This document shows positions 1-10,248 of a stretch of DNA of 64,000 nt, piece after piece. Within the stretch, counting starts at the first letter, position 1. Every line of letters starts with the position of its first letter. Below the pieces are notes generated by a model. The model saw only the letters and a program-made list of their open reading frames with translations, did no database searches and was not told the origin of the DNA. This stretch comes from an uncultured Actinomycetes bacterium. Lineage in GTDB: Bacteria; Actinomycetota; UBA4738; HRBIN12. The DNA lies in NCBI GenBank assembly GCA_963704725.1, contig OY969934.1, forward strand, positions 1,920,001 to 1,984,000. The letters run 5' to 3'. The position numbers and the translations under genes were made by a program.

Positions 1-1554
1 GCTCTCGTACAAGGCGGCTTTCTGCGCAGGTTCAGCCGCCCCCAGAACGCGGACGAGATCACCCAGGCTCTCAACCAGCGCCCGGATGTCGCCCTCGGTG
101 AGTGCCGCCGTGTGACGCCGGTGGATCTCCCCCTCGGCCATCCTGCGCTCGGCCTGGACCTCGGCGATCCACGCGGCGACGACGGCCGGGTCCGCGCCGG
201 CATCGAGCGTCTCCCGGTAGCGGGCGAGTCGAGCGTCACAGTCCGCGAGGGTCCGCCGAGCGCTCTCGTCGCGGTCACTCTCCGCGTCTGACGAATCCTG
301 AGCCTCGGCGAGCGCGCGACAGGTCTCGTCCAGGCGGTCGGGCTCGAAGAGGCGCGAGATCCACTCGTCGAGCGGCGGGACGATGTGGGTCTCCCGGACG
401 TACACCGTTGGCGGATGATCGGCTCCGCGGGGGAGCGCGTACTCCGAGGGGTAACGGCAGCGGTAGTACGCCTGGTCGTGGGTCCAGCTGCCTTGCATCC
501 GGCGCTTGCAGAGTCCGCACCAAAGCAGGCCGCGGAGCAGGTAGGGGCGTGGTGTCCGGCGGGGCTTGCGGGTCGTGGTTCGCCCGTTGGCGACCCTCCG
601 CACGCGGGCGGCTTCGAACAACTCCGGAGCGATCAGTGGCTCGTGCGCGAGGCCGGGGGAGCGGACCCAGGCCTCCTCGTCGTTCCATCGGAGCCGAGTC
701 CTGTGACCCGCGGCGACGTCCTCGACGTCGACCAAGACCTCGTCGCGACGCTGCCGGCCCCAGACTGCCACTCCCGTGTACCGAGGGTTGGTCAGGACCG
801 CCCGGACGGCACTCTTGCTCCAGCCCTGCCCGTTCCGGTGGGCGTTGCGACCCCGGTCATAGGCGGAGGGGGAGGAGATGCCGTCGCGGGTCAGAGCGTC
901 TGCGATCGCGAAGAGGCCACGGCCCGACACGTACTCATCGAAGATCCGGACGACGATGTGCGCCGTGACGGGGTCGGGCTCGAGGTTGTGGATCCGGATG
1001 CCGAGGGCGGCCTTCCCCGGGTTGGGGTGAGGGCCTGCGTCCGCCAAGCGGTACCCGTACGGTGGGCGGCCGCCCAGGAATCGACCCTCGGTGGCGATCT
1101 GCGCGGCCATCGCGGTCCGGACCCTCGTTCGGATGCGGGAGCGCTCGCCTTTGCTCATGCCGCCGAACAGCGTCATGACCATGTCGTGGGCCTCGGAGCC
1201 CGGGTCGACCCGACCGCCGACCTCGGGGACCCACAGCTCGACGCCGTAGTGCTCGAAGAGCGGGAAGGTCAGGGCGAACTGAGCGCCGTAGAAGGCCCGC
1301 TGTGGCTCGCCGATGACGACGGCCTCGAAGCCGCGGTCCGGGGAACGAAGCAAGTCGAGCAGCCTGGAGGCTTCCGGCCTGCGCTTCCACGGGAGCGAGC
1401 GCGACTGTCCGATGTCGAAGAACTCGGCGACGATCTCGCCGCGCGCCGGCTCGACGTGCTCCAGGGCCCGCCGGAGCTGCCAGGCTCGCGAGGAGGCCGG
1501 GTCCTGCTGGTCCTCGGTCGAGACGCGTCCGTAAAAGGCAAAGGGCTTCGTCAT
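1..1554 (-). CDS. Large serine recombinase (integrase), 3' end outside window
   Basis: Absent from the ORF track, consistent with no in-window stop. Manual translation from ATG at 1554 gives MTKPFAFYGRVSTEDQQD (serine recombinase catalytic motif YxRVST..Q). The same frame reads DLVRVLGAAEPAQKAALYES at the window edge, typical of actinobacterial LSR C-termini. Confidence 0.9.
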   Translation of the reverse strand, partial: MTKPFAFYGRVSTEDQQDPASSRAWQLRRALEHVEPARGEIVAEFFDIGQSRSLPWKRRPEASRLLDLLRSPDRGFEAVVIGEPQRAFYGAQFALTFPLFEHYGVELWVPEVGGRVDPGSEAHDMVMTLFGGMSKGERSRIRTRVRTAMAAQIATEGRFLGGRPPYGYRLADAGPHPNPGKAALGIRIHNLEPDPVTAHIVVRIFDEYVSGRGLFAIADALTRDGISSPSAYDRGRNAHRNGQGWSKSAVRAVLTNPRYTGVAVWGRQRRDEVLVDVEDVAAGHRTRLRWNDEEAWVRSPGLAHEPLIAPELFEAARVRRVANGRTTTRKPRRTPRPYLLRGLLWCGLCKRRMQGSWTHDQAYYRCRYPSEYALPRGADHPPTVYVRETHIVPPLDEWISRLFEPDRLDETCRALAEAQDSSDAESDRDESARRTLADCDARLARYRETLDAGADPAVVAAWIAEVQAERRMAEGEIHRRHTAALTEGDIRALVESLGDLVRVLGAAEPAQKAALYES

Positions 1555-1639
1555 CCGTGCTCCGCTCGGTGCTGGCATGCGAGCCGAGCCTGCATGTCTG
1601 ATGTCGGCGGTTGAGCGCTCATCCTAGTGGCGTGTGGTG

Positions 1640-1762
1640 TCATCCCTCGGGCTCCGTCGGCCGGGCATGTTCGAGGACCTCCAACAGAATCCGCGCGGCT
1701 TTCGCTGTCAGCCAAGGCGGCTCCACTGGGATGGCCACCCGAAGTCGGACGTCATCGTCCAC
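1640..1762 (-). CDS. Small hypothetical protein upstream of the recombinase (start uncertain)
   Basis: C-terminal part of ORF 1640..2077 (VRLRVAIPVEPPWLTAKAARILLEVLEH) looks protein-like; co-oriented between the relaxase and recombinase genes. Confidence 0.35.
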   Translation of the reverse strand: MDDDVRLRVAIPVEPPWLTAKAARILLEVLEHARPTEPEG

Positions 1763-1884
1763 GACTTGCAGTTCCGACCTTCCATCGGACGGTGCGGCTT
1801 CCCGCTCCTCGCCCGAACCATGACCTACCGGCCCGCGTCCAGGGGGTTCGCGTTCGACCTGGCGCGCTTCGGCGCGCCCGCCCG

Positions 1885-2874
1885 TCAAGGAGCATGTCGG
1901 GGCGGAAGGGCGCGGAATCGGGGCGTGGCGGAGGCGGGGGAGATCCGGCGCCGGTGGCCGGGATCGGCGTCGGTGAAGTACCGGCCGAGGCATGGAGTTG
2001 TTCGGTAGAGGTCGCGGGATCGGGCCGCCAGGTCGACGAGCGAGAGGCGATCGCTGTCGGTTGGCACGTGCTTCCATGCCTGGCCGAGCACGCCGAGCCT
2101 GGTGAGCCGATCCTCGCTCGCCACGTGCAGCGGGAACGAGCTCGCGAGCGACCCGGAGGCATGCAGGCTCGTGGTCGCCGAGCGGTAGGCGGTGGCGACC
2201 TCCCCCTCACGCTCCTCCTCCGGGACCAGGACGAGGAGGTTCGGGAACCCGGCCAGTTCTTGCTCCCTCGTCCAACCCGCCGCGAGGCGCAGGTAGCCCT
2301 CGAGCTTGCGCGTGAGTGCGCCGCGTGCCTCGGTGGCCCGGTCGTACTCGAAGTAGAACTCGCACGAACCGCCGGGATGCAGGTACCGCCCGAAGCCGTC
2401 TGGCTTGATCTCCGCTGCCTTGGTCCGGACCCAGCGCTCGGGCCGCCAGGTGGCCAGACAATGGTCCTGGAAGGCCCTGGAGGCCTCGGCGAGGGCGCAG
2501 AAGAACGCGTTGACCCCCAGGCGGTGGGCGATGAGCTTGTTCGTCCGGTAGCTCGCATCGGGCACCCAGGGCAGGTCCGAGGTCCGGACGTCATTCGCAT
2601 TTGCGATCTCGATGAGCCCTTCCTTCGTGAGGTGCCAGCACGCGGGAGCCCTCCCCTCCCCGAAACCCCTCCCCACCGAGAAGGAGGAGACCAACCCCAT
2701 CTCTTTCAGCTCCCTCATCCGGTGCTGGCACCTCCTGAGAGAGCGGAAGTGAAGGCTCGTGATCTGGTGCGTGGTGAGGATCTTGTGCTCGAGCATGCTG
2801 AGGAGGATCGCGAGGTCTCGCTCGTCGATCGCGCTCGCGCGCGCGCGATAGGTGTTTCGTTCTGCTCGAACCAT
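1885..2874 (-). CDS. Replication-relaxation family protein (Replic_Relax-like)
   Basis: Winged-helix start ERDLAILL..HKILTTHQI..RMREL, then HRLGVNAFF, IKPDGFG, FYFEYDRATE and KLEGY motifs. Start placed at MVRAERN. Confidence 0.85.
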   Translation of the reverse strand: MVRAERNTYRARASAIDERDLAILLSMLEHKILTTHQITSLHFRSLRRCQHRMRELKEMGLVSSFSVGRGFGEGRAPACWHLTKEGLIEIANANDVRTSDLPWVPDASYRTNKLIAHRLGVNAFFCALAEASRAFQDHCLATWRPERWVRTKAAEIKPDGFGRYLHPGGSCEFYFEYDRATEARGALTRKLEGYLRLAAGWTREQELAGFPNLLVLVPEEEREGEVATAYRSATTSLHASGSLASSFPLHVASEDRLTRLGVLGQAWKHVPTDSDRLSLVDLAARSRDLYRTTPCLGRYFTDADPGHRRRISPASATPRFRALPPRHAP

Positions 2875-2960
2875 GATTCGGGCACAGCCCTCCCCCCTCC
2901 TTCGGTGGGTGGCCTTCGGCGTAAAGGCCCCGTGACCTGGCCTTTTGCGCCATCGCACCC

Positions 2961-3021
2961 GGCGCGATCGCGCTGCCCACGCGCCGCGGCTCACGGCAGT
3001 GGGGCAGCGCGACGTCGCGCC
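2961..3021. repeat. Imperfect ~20-bp inverted repeat upstream of the relaxase gene
   Basis: GGCGCGATCGCGCTGCCCAC (2961-2980) pairs with GTGGGGCAGCGCGACGTCGCGCC (2999-3021). Confidence 0.6.
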
Positions 3022-4259
3022 AGGGCGCGTGCGCGCACTCCGCCAGATCGACGGATCTTCAGTTCGTGCCCGTGCTCACCTCCCTCCCCGCCGCTCGCAC
3101 GGCGTTTCTCAGTCGCCGGCCGAGACTCGCCTTCGGCCGTCCGGCTCAGGGCTCTTTCGCGGTGATCCGCGTCCCCTCGCCGGCGCTTCAGTCCCGTTCG
3201 CTCGCCGTCCGAGCGCTCCTCCGGCCTCCGTTCGCTCCGAGCGCGCCTCCTCGTGAGGTGCCCGGGTTCGGGGCCGTCCTGATCGCTCGTCCGACGGCGT
3301 CCGTGATCGTGGCGCCGGCCTTGTCGCGCATCTCCGCTCGGTGCCCGGGCCGGTCGCCGGTGGCGAGGGAGCCGTCGCCCTCGGAGTCCTGCTCGCGGCC
3401 AAGCGGTGGATCGCCTGCACGTCTGCTGTTGTCTGCTCGATCGTGGATGGTGCCGGTCCCCATTCAGTTCCTCCCGGCTCCACGTTTGCTCCACGTCTCG
3501 TGCCTGGAGATGGGTGAGGACAGTCGGCCGGGGCGCAGAGAAGACGTGGAGTTCGCCCGGGAGGAAGGGGGACGGGATGGGGACAGGCCCCTGGCGTCGG
3601 GCCTCTGCTCCACATGGTCGTGGTGCAGATGTAGAGACGGGTCGCCGGGGAGGGACAGGGCGGAGACACGTCTCCAGGCCCCGCGCTCCTGCCTGGAGGC
3701 CAACATGATGTTCGCGCCGCGGACGTCCATGATCCGTCGCCCCAGCCTGATGACGACAGACTCGCCGCTGGCAGACGGCAGCAGCGCGCGGTCTGGCCGA
3801 GCTTGATGGGTTGGTCATCCTCACCGGCACAAAGACAGGCAACGACCCGAACCTTGACGGCCAGGACCGAGAGTTCCGGGAAGATCCCGTGGCGACCGGC
3901 GGGCCCCACCCGGGTTCCGCACATGGGCCCGCCAGGTCGGCGCGTCGGGTCGCCCGCTGCCGATCCGATCGCGCGAGGGCTGGGCGGTAGGACCGAACCG
4001 GAACTCGATTGGCACCGGCCAAGAACCGGCGACGGCGGCCGCCGACAGGGCGGCCCCGCTAGAGCCCCGTTCGAGCCTGACCGCGACGGCGTGCTGAGCG
4101 TGATCATGTCCACCCGTACAAGGGCGCGGGAAGGCGCCCAGAGCGTGTCGGCCCACGCGGGGGAGTTCTGGGGGAGTCTCCGGAGGCGCAGGTCAGACCA
4201 GGTCTGGCCAGGGGTCTGCGGAGGGTTGGGGCGAAGGCGAGCTACTGATCGGCGAGGGG

Positions 4260-4288
4260 TTGACAGGCGGGATGGTTTCGCATTCAAT
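4260..4288 (+). promoter_or_regulatory. Possible sigma70-type promoter for the RHS gene
   Basis: TTGACA (4260-4265), 17 nt, TTCAAT (4283-4288). Confidence 0.4.
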
Positions 4289-4326
4289 CAACCCTCTAAC
4301 AGGGGCTCACATAGTGGGGAGGCCGA

Positions 4327-7300
4327 ATGGTTTCGCTACGTGTGTGCGCCCCGTGGTCCTCGTTCCGATCCCGTCCGATCTTCAGATCGCTCGGGCGTCT
4401 ACGTGGGTCGATGATCTGTGGCCTCACGGTGGCTTCGCTCATTACCGTCGTGCTTCCAGTGCCCAGTGCAGTGGCGATCGCTCAGCAGGATGCCATCACC
4501 TACGTCTACGACGATCTGGGGAGACTCGAGGCCGTCGTCGATCCCGGCCAAACGAACGGCATCGCCCGCTACACGTATGACAGCGCCGGCAATCTCCTCT
4601 CGATCGCGAGGCAGAGCTCCACCGTCACCACGGTCCTGGACTTCCAGCCGAAGACCACGACCCGCAGCTCCTCGGTCACCGTCTACGGGGCGGGGTTCAG
4701 CCCGACGGCGGGGCAGAACACCGTCCGGTTCGGTGGGCCGTCGGGCACCGCCGCGACGGTCGTCTCGGCGACAAAGACGCAGCTCCAGGTCACGGTGCCG
4801 GCCTCGGGCTCCGTCAACGGGACGGTCTTCGTCTCGAGCCCCGGCGGGAGCGCCACGAGCTCCCAGCAGTTCGCGCTCGACACGTCGACACCGCCGGCCA
4901 TCACGGGGATCTCCGCCGCCGTCGCCACGATGGGATCGACCGTCACCGTGACGGGCTCGGGCTTCGACCCTTCGGCACCGGCGATGAACAACGTCTTCCT
5001 GAACGGGATCAGGGCCCAGGTCACGGCGGCGACGGCGACAACCCTCACCACCGTGGTGCCCCCGTTCCTCACGTCCGGACACGTCTCCGTCCAGACCCGC
5101 TGGGGCCAGGCGACCTCGATGAGCGACCTGTTCGTCCCGCCCGCCATCGACGGCGTGCCCTCCGCCGTCACCGATGTCGAGAGCACGGGACGCACGACCC
5201 TTGGTACGCCGACGGCGGTGAGCGTCACGACGCCGCAGAAGGTGGCCGTCCGGTCCTTCGACGGCACGCAGGGCGGCCGGGTCTTCATGGAGTTCTCGAG
5301 CCCGTCGGGGAACCAGGCCTGGCTGAGCCTGGTGGATCCGTTCGGCCGCGTGATGGGGAAGGACCTGATGACGACGGGCTTCCTGGAGCCCCGCACGCTG
5401 CCGGTGAGCGGGACCTACGAGGTCGTCGTCGACCCGATCGACACACAGACCGGCAACTTCACGTTCACCGCATTCGACGTCCCCGCCGACCTCTCGGGGA
5501 CGATCACGCCCGACGGCGGACCGGTCGTGGCGAACATCACCGCGAAGGGCCAGAACGCCGGCTACACCTTCACGGGCACGGCCAACCAACGCGTGTCCCT
5601 CCGGTTCAACGGTTCGGGGTGGACGGGGCTCTACTGGGTCCGCATCCTGCGGCCCGAGGGGATCGAGCTGACGAGCACGCTGAGCGTCTTCGGGTGGCAG
5701 GACCCGGTCACGCTGCCCGTCTCCGGCATCTACACGGTCGTGATCGACCCGATCGCTGGGGCCACCGGCTCCACGACTCTGACCGCCTACGACGTGCCGC
5801 CCGACAGCTCTGGGCCGATCCAGCCCAACGGCCCACCGGTGAACGTCACCGTCACGGCCGACAACGCGGGCCAGAACGCGAACCTGACCTTCGATTCGAC
5901 CGTCAACCAGCAGGCGACGATCAACGTCACCGGCTCCACGTTCCCGCAGGCCTACGCCCACCTCTACCTCGGGACCCCGCCGACGAACCCGATCTCGCTG
6001 AACCACCTGTTCCTCGGCGGGAACACCACGATCGGCCCCATCTCCCTGTCCGCCGCGGGCAGCTACACCCTGGTGATCGACCCGATCGGCGGGTTCACGG
6101 GAAGCGCGAACATCGCGCTCACGCTGGCAGCGGGCCGTGCGACGCCGAGAGGGGGGCGGGGCGATCGCCTAAGGACGGACAGGCCGCCGTCCCCGCATTC
6201 ACCGAGAGCAGCCACGGCGCTGGCCGGAGTCGTGCTCGGTCTGGACGGCTCGCCGCTCGCCGGCGTGAGCGTCGGCAGCGGAGACGTGGCAGGCGCGACC
6301 GACTCGAACGGCAGGTTCCGCCTTGCGGGCCTTCATGCCGGCCCGGGGGTCCTGGTCGTCGACGGGGCAAGCGCGTCGACCGAGGGCGCGAGCTACGGGC
6401 TGTTCCAGATCCAGGTCGAGCTCGAGCGCGGACGAACCACGGAGCTCGGGTCCCCGGTGTGGATGCCGGAGCTCGACACGCGGCACGTCCGCCGCATCGC
6501 CAGCCCCACCCGGCGCGACGTCGTCCTTCGGACCCCGCTTGTTCCCGGGCTGCGGATCCAGATCCCGAAGGGGTCCTTGGTCAGGGATCTGGATGGTCGG
6601 GCGGTCCACGAGCTCTCGATCACGCCAGTTCCGATCGACCGGCCACCGTTCCCGATGCCGGATGCGCCCGACTTCCCCATCTACTTCACCGTCCAGCCCG
6701 GTGGCGCCGCCGTCCTGCCCGAGGGTGCGCGGATCATCTACCCGAATTCGGCGGCCCTGCCGGCCGGAACCGAGGTCCGGTACATGGACTACGAGCCCGC
6801 GGAGGACGGCTGGGAGTTCTACGGTCGTGGACGCGTCTCGCCCGATGGCATGCGGATCGTGCCCGATCCCGACACCCGGGTCCGTGCGTTCACCGGCTCC
6901 GCCTACCCGATCCCTCTCTACCTGTCGCCTCCGCTGGCAGATACGAACCCGCTCTCCGAGCTCGGCGAGCCCGTGGACCTGTCGACCGGGTTGTTCCACT
7001 ACACGAAGACGGACCTCGCGCTGCCCGGCCCCATGCCGATCCAGCTCACCCGGATCTACCGGCAAGGGGATCCGAACGCGGAGCCCTTCGGCCTCGGCAT
7101 GACGTACAGCTACCAGTCCTATCTGAGCTGGGACTGGCCGTCCCCCGACAACCAGTGGAAGGACCTCATCCTTCCCGGCGGGGTCCGGGTGCACTTCGAC
7201 CGGATCACCCCCGGGACCGACGTGGAGCACGCCGTCTACGAGGCGACCGCTACACCGGGGCCGTTCTTCAAGTCCCGGATCAGCTGGGATCCGGTGCTGC

Positions 7301-10242
7301 GGTCCTGGCTCCTCACGCGGCGGGACGGCACGGTGATGGTCTTCGGGCTGGGGGGAAGCGGGAGCGCGTTGCGAGACGTGGCGGACCGGTACGGCAACCG
7401 CCTCGTGCTGATCGGGCCCGCCGGAACGAGTCCCCAGCCTGCCACGCAGATCGTCTCCTGGCCCTCGGGCAGGTGGATCAACCTGTCGATCTCGAACGGC
7501 CGGGTGACGCAGGCCACCGACGACCTGGGGCGGAGCGTCGGGTACGGCTACGACGGGCAGGGGCGCCTGGCGAGCGTGACCGACCCGAACCAGTTCGGCC
7601 AGCCCTCGCCGAAGTCGTCCATCTACGGCTGGGTCACCGATCCCGACTGCACAAGTCCGGGATCCGTGCTCGCCACGATCACCGATCCCCGCAACATCAC
7701 GTGGCTGTCGAACACCTACGGGCCCGGGTGCCGGGTTACGCAGCAGACCGTCCCCACGGCGACGGGGACCGACGTCTACACGTTCGCGTACACGCCCTCG
7801 GGGCCCGGCGCCGTCACTCAGGCGGACATGACGGATCCCAACGGCAACGTGCACCGGGAGTCCTTCGACTCGACCGGCTACATGACGTCGGAGACCATCG
7901 CGCTGGGAACGCCGTCCGCGCGGACGTTCACGTACGAGCGGGACCCCACCAACCACCGCACCAGCGCCGTCGTCGATGCCTTCCACAACCGCAGGACCGA
8001 GTTCACGTACAACGCGTTCGGCCAGCCGACGTCCGTCACCCGTCTTGCCGGCACCCCGCAGGCGGTCACCACGTCGTACACGTACGATCCGGTCTTCCGA
8101 CAGCTGGAGACGATCACCGATCCACTCACCCACGTCACACGCTTCGCGTACGACGCGGCGGGATGTCTCGACTCGGTCCAAGACCCGATGAGCCGGACGA
8201 CCTTGTTCGACTGCAACGGTGCCGGTCAGATCACGCAGATCACCGATCCGCTCACGCACGCGAGTGTGCTCTCCTACGCTCATGGAGACCTCACCTCAGC
8301 GACGGATCCGCTCGGTCGGACCACGTCTCGGTTCACCGACGGCGGTGGGCGCGTCCTCGCGGTCACAGATCCGCTCAACCACCCGACGACCTACGCCTTC
8401 GACAAGCTGAACGAGCTCACCCAGGTCACCGATCCGATCGGCGGGCTCATCTCGTTCACCCTCGACGAAGACGGCAACCTCACCGAGGTGAACGACCAGC
8501 GCCGGGGATCGCCCAGCCGGACCGACCTCGTTTACAACAACCTGAACCTGCCGAGCACTCGAACCGACCCACTCGGCCGTCAGGAGACGTTCACCTACGA
8601 CGACCTCGGCAACCTGACGTTCTGGACCGACCGCAAGAACCAGACGACGGAGTTCCGCTACGACGCACTCAACCAGCTGACGTTCGCGGGATACAAGCGG
8701 ACGGCGGGGCCGGTTTACGAGTCCACGATCACCTACACGTGGGACGTCGGGAGCCGGCTGACGCAGATCGCGGACACGACAGCCAACGCCGGCACGATCA
8801 CGCGGACCTACGATGACCTGGACCGGCTCACGAACGAGACCTCGGTCAACGCTTCGGCCTCGGGGGTCACCTACACGTACAACCCCGATGACACCCGGGC
8901 GACGATGACCGTGCAGAACCAGACCCAGGTGCTCTACGGCTACAACCCGGCCGCCCAGCTCACGAGCCTCACCCAAGGCGGCCTGGTGGTCGGCCTGGAC
9001 TACCTCGGCGACGGCAGGCTCCGCCAGGTCTCCCTCCCCTCCTCGCCGGTGCTCACGCAGACCTACGCGTACGACGCGGCGGGCGAGATCGCCTCGATCG
9101 CCTACCAACGCGGTACCGGCACCCCGGACGACCTCTCCTACGGCTACGACCCGAGCGGGGCTCGGACCTCGGTCTTCGGCAGCTACGCCCGCACGGGGCT
9201 CCCCGCCGCCACGACGGCCACGGCCGTCTACAACGTCGCGAACCAGCTGACGTCGTGGAGCGGAGCCGCAGTGGCGAGCGACCTCAACGGCAACATGACG
9301 TCGCAGGCCGGGCTCACCTACGCGTACAACGCGCGCAACCAGCTCACGAGCGTAAAGCAGAGCAAGACCACGCTCGGCGCCTTCGTCTACGACGGACTGG
9401 GCCGACGCGTGCGCCGCACGATCTCGTCCGCGGTCACGCGGCCCGTCTACGATGGGTGGAACGTGGTCCAGGAACGGAGCAGCGCGGGCTCGGTGACGGC
9501 GAACCTACTCGTGGGGCGCGGGCTGGATGACGTCTTCACCCGGACCGAAACGGCCCAACGGGAGTTCTTGTCCGACGCTTTGGGCTCGACCGTCGCGCTT
9601 GCCGACACCTCCGGGGTGGTGCAGACCTCCTACACGTACGAGCCGTTCGGCCGGACCACTGCCACCGGGGCGTCGAGTTCGAGCACTTACCAGTTCACGG
9701 GCAGGGAGAACGATTCGACGGGGACGCTCTCGCTCTACAACCTGCGAGCCCGATACCTGTCGCCGACGTTGGCGAGGTTCATCAGCCAGGATCCGATAGG
9801 CCTCTCAAGCAGTGACGTCAACTTGTACGAGTACGCTGATGACACGCCGACGGGCCGTATCGATCCGACCGGCCTCTTCAGCGTCTGGCCTCCAGTTGTT
9901 GGCCCAGACTTGAGCGTGCACGAGGTTGGCGGGGGCAACCCAGCGGGTTGGGTTTGGGACAGCACAGTGGGAACCATCTCCCACCTGGATGACTGGTGGT
10001 CGATGGCACGGAAGGATTTTGAACGCCAATCCGAGTTCGTAAGGCGCGAAGGAGGGTGGATGGCCGATGACCTGTTCGGAGAGCACGGCATACTGACGTC
10101 GTTCGGTCAATGCTTGGTCGTCGGTTTGGACTACATGATCCTCGCCACCAACGCGGGCCTGGACCCCGAGGATGCCGCTCTGTTCGGGCTAGTTGGCTGC
10201 GCGGTGGGGATGAACACTCCGCCGACGCCACCCATTACCTAG
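4327..10242 (+). CDS. Secreted RHS/YD-repeat polymorphic toxin with IPT/TIG- and Ig-like domains
   Basis: Signal-peptide-like segment (likely start ATG 4411). N-terminal YDDLGRL repeat, Ig-like repeats, carboxypeptidase-regulatory-like domain, EPVDLSTG (DUF6531-like), many YD repeats, RHS core (YQFTGRE..ARYLSP..RFISQDPIG..YEYA..DPTGL) and a ~120-aa C-terminal extension. Confidence 0.93.
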   Translation: MVSLRVCAPWSSFRSRPIFRSLGRLRGSMICGLTVASLITVVLPVPSAVAIAQQDAITYVYDDLGRLEAVVDPGQTNGIARYTYDSAGNLLSIARQSSTVTTVLDFQPKTTTRSSSVTVYGAGFSPTAGQNTVRFGGPSGTAATVVSATKTQLQVTVPASGSVNGTVFVSSPGGSATSSQQFALDTSTPPAITGISAAVATMGSTVTVTGSGFDPSAPAMNNVFLNGIRAQVTAATATTLTTVVPPFLTSGHVSVQTRWGQATSMSDLFVPPAIDGVPSAVTDVESTGRTTLGTPTAVSVTTPQKVAVRSFDGTQGGRVFMEFSSPSGNQAWLSLVDPFGRVMGKDLMTTGFLEPRTLPVSGTYEVVVDPIDTQTGNFTFTAFDVPADLSGTITPDGGPVVANITAKGQNAGYTFTGTANQRVSLRFNGSGWTGLYWVRILRPEGIELTSTLSVFGWQDPVTLPVSGIYTVVIDPIAGATGSTTLTAYDVPPDSSGPIQPNGPPVNVTVTADNAGQNANLTFDSTVNQQATINVTGSTFPQAYAHLYLGTPPTNPISLNHLFLGGNTTIGPISLSAAGSYTLVIDPIGGFTGSANIALTLAAGRATPRGGRGDRLRTDRPPSPHSPRAATALAGVVLGLDGSPLAGVSVGSGDVAGATDSNGRFRLAGLHAGPGVLVVDGASASTEGASYGLFQIQVELERGRTTELGSPVWMPELDTRHVRRIASPTRRDVVLRTPLVPGLRIQIPKGSLVRDLDGRAVHELSITPVPIDRPPFPMPDAPDFPIYFTVQPGGAAVLPEGARIIYPNSAALPAGTEVRYMDYEPAEDGWEFYGRGRVSPDGMRIVPDPDTRVRAFTGSAYPIPLYLSPPLADTNPLSELGEPVDLSTGLFHYTKTDLALPGPMPIQLTRIYRQGDPNAEPFGLGMTYSYQSYLSWDWPSPDNQWKDLILPGGVRVHFDRITPGTDVEHAVYEATATPGPFFKSRISWDPVLRSWLLTRRDGTVMVFGLGGSGSALRDVADRYGNRLVLIGPAGTSPQPATQIVSWPSGRWINLSISNGRVTQATDDLGRSVGYGYDGQGRLASVTDPNQFGQPSPKSSIYGWVTDPDCTSPGSVLATITDPRNITWLSNTYGPGCRVTQQTVPTATGTDVYTFAYTPSGPGAVTQADMTDPNGNVHRESFDSTGYMTSETIALGTPSARTFTYERDPTNHRTSAVVDAFHNRRTEFTYNAFGQPTSVTRLAGTPQAVTTSYTYDPVFRQLETITDPLTHVTRFAYDAAGCLDSVQDPMSRTTLFDCNGAGQITQITDPLTHASVLSYAHGDLTSATDPLGRTTSRFTDGGGRVLAVTDPLNHPTTYAFDKLNELTQVTDPIGGLISFTLDEDGNLTEVNDQRRGSPSRTDLVYNNLNLPSTRTDPLGRQETFTYDDLGNLTFWTDRKNQTTEFRYDALNQLTFAGYKRTAGPVYESTITYTWDVGSRLTQIADTTANAGTITRTYDDLDRLTNETSVNASASGVTYTYNPDDTRATMTVQNQTQVLYGYNPAAQLTSLTQGGLVVGLDYLGDGRLRQVSLPSSPVLTQTYAYDAAGEIASIAYQRGTGTPDDLSYGYDPSGARTSVFGSYARTGLPAATTATAVYNVANQLTSWSGAAVASDLNGNMTSQAGLTYAYNARNQLTSVKQSKTTLGAFVYDGLGRRVRRTISSAVTRPVYDGWNVVQERSSAGSVTANLLVGRGLDDVFTRTETAQREFLSDALGSTVALADTSGVVQTSYTYEPFGRTTATGASSSSTYQFTGRENDSTGTLSLYNLRARYLSPTLARFISQDPIGLSSSDVNLYEYADDTPTGRIDPTGLFSVWPPVVGPDLSVHEVGGGNPAGWVWDSTVGTISHLDDWWSMARKDFERQSEFVRREGGWMADDLFGEHGILTSFGQCLVVGLDYMILATNAGLDPEDAALFGLVGCAVGMNTPPTPPIT

Positions 10243-10248
10243 TCATCG

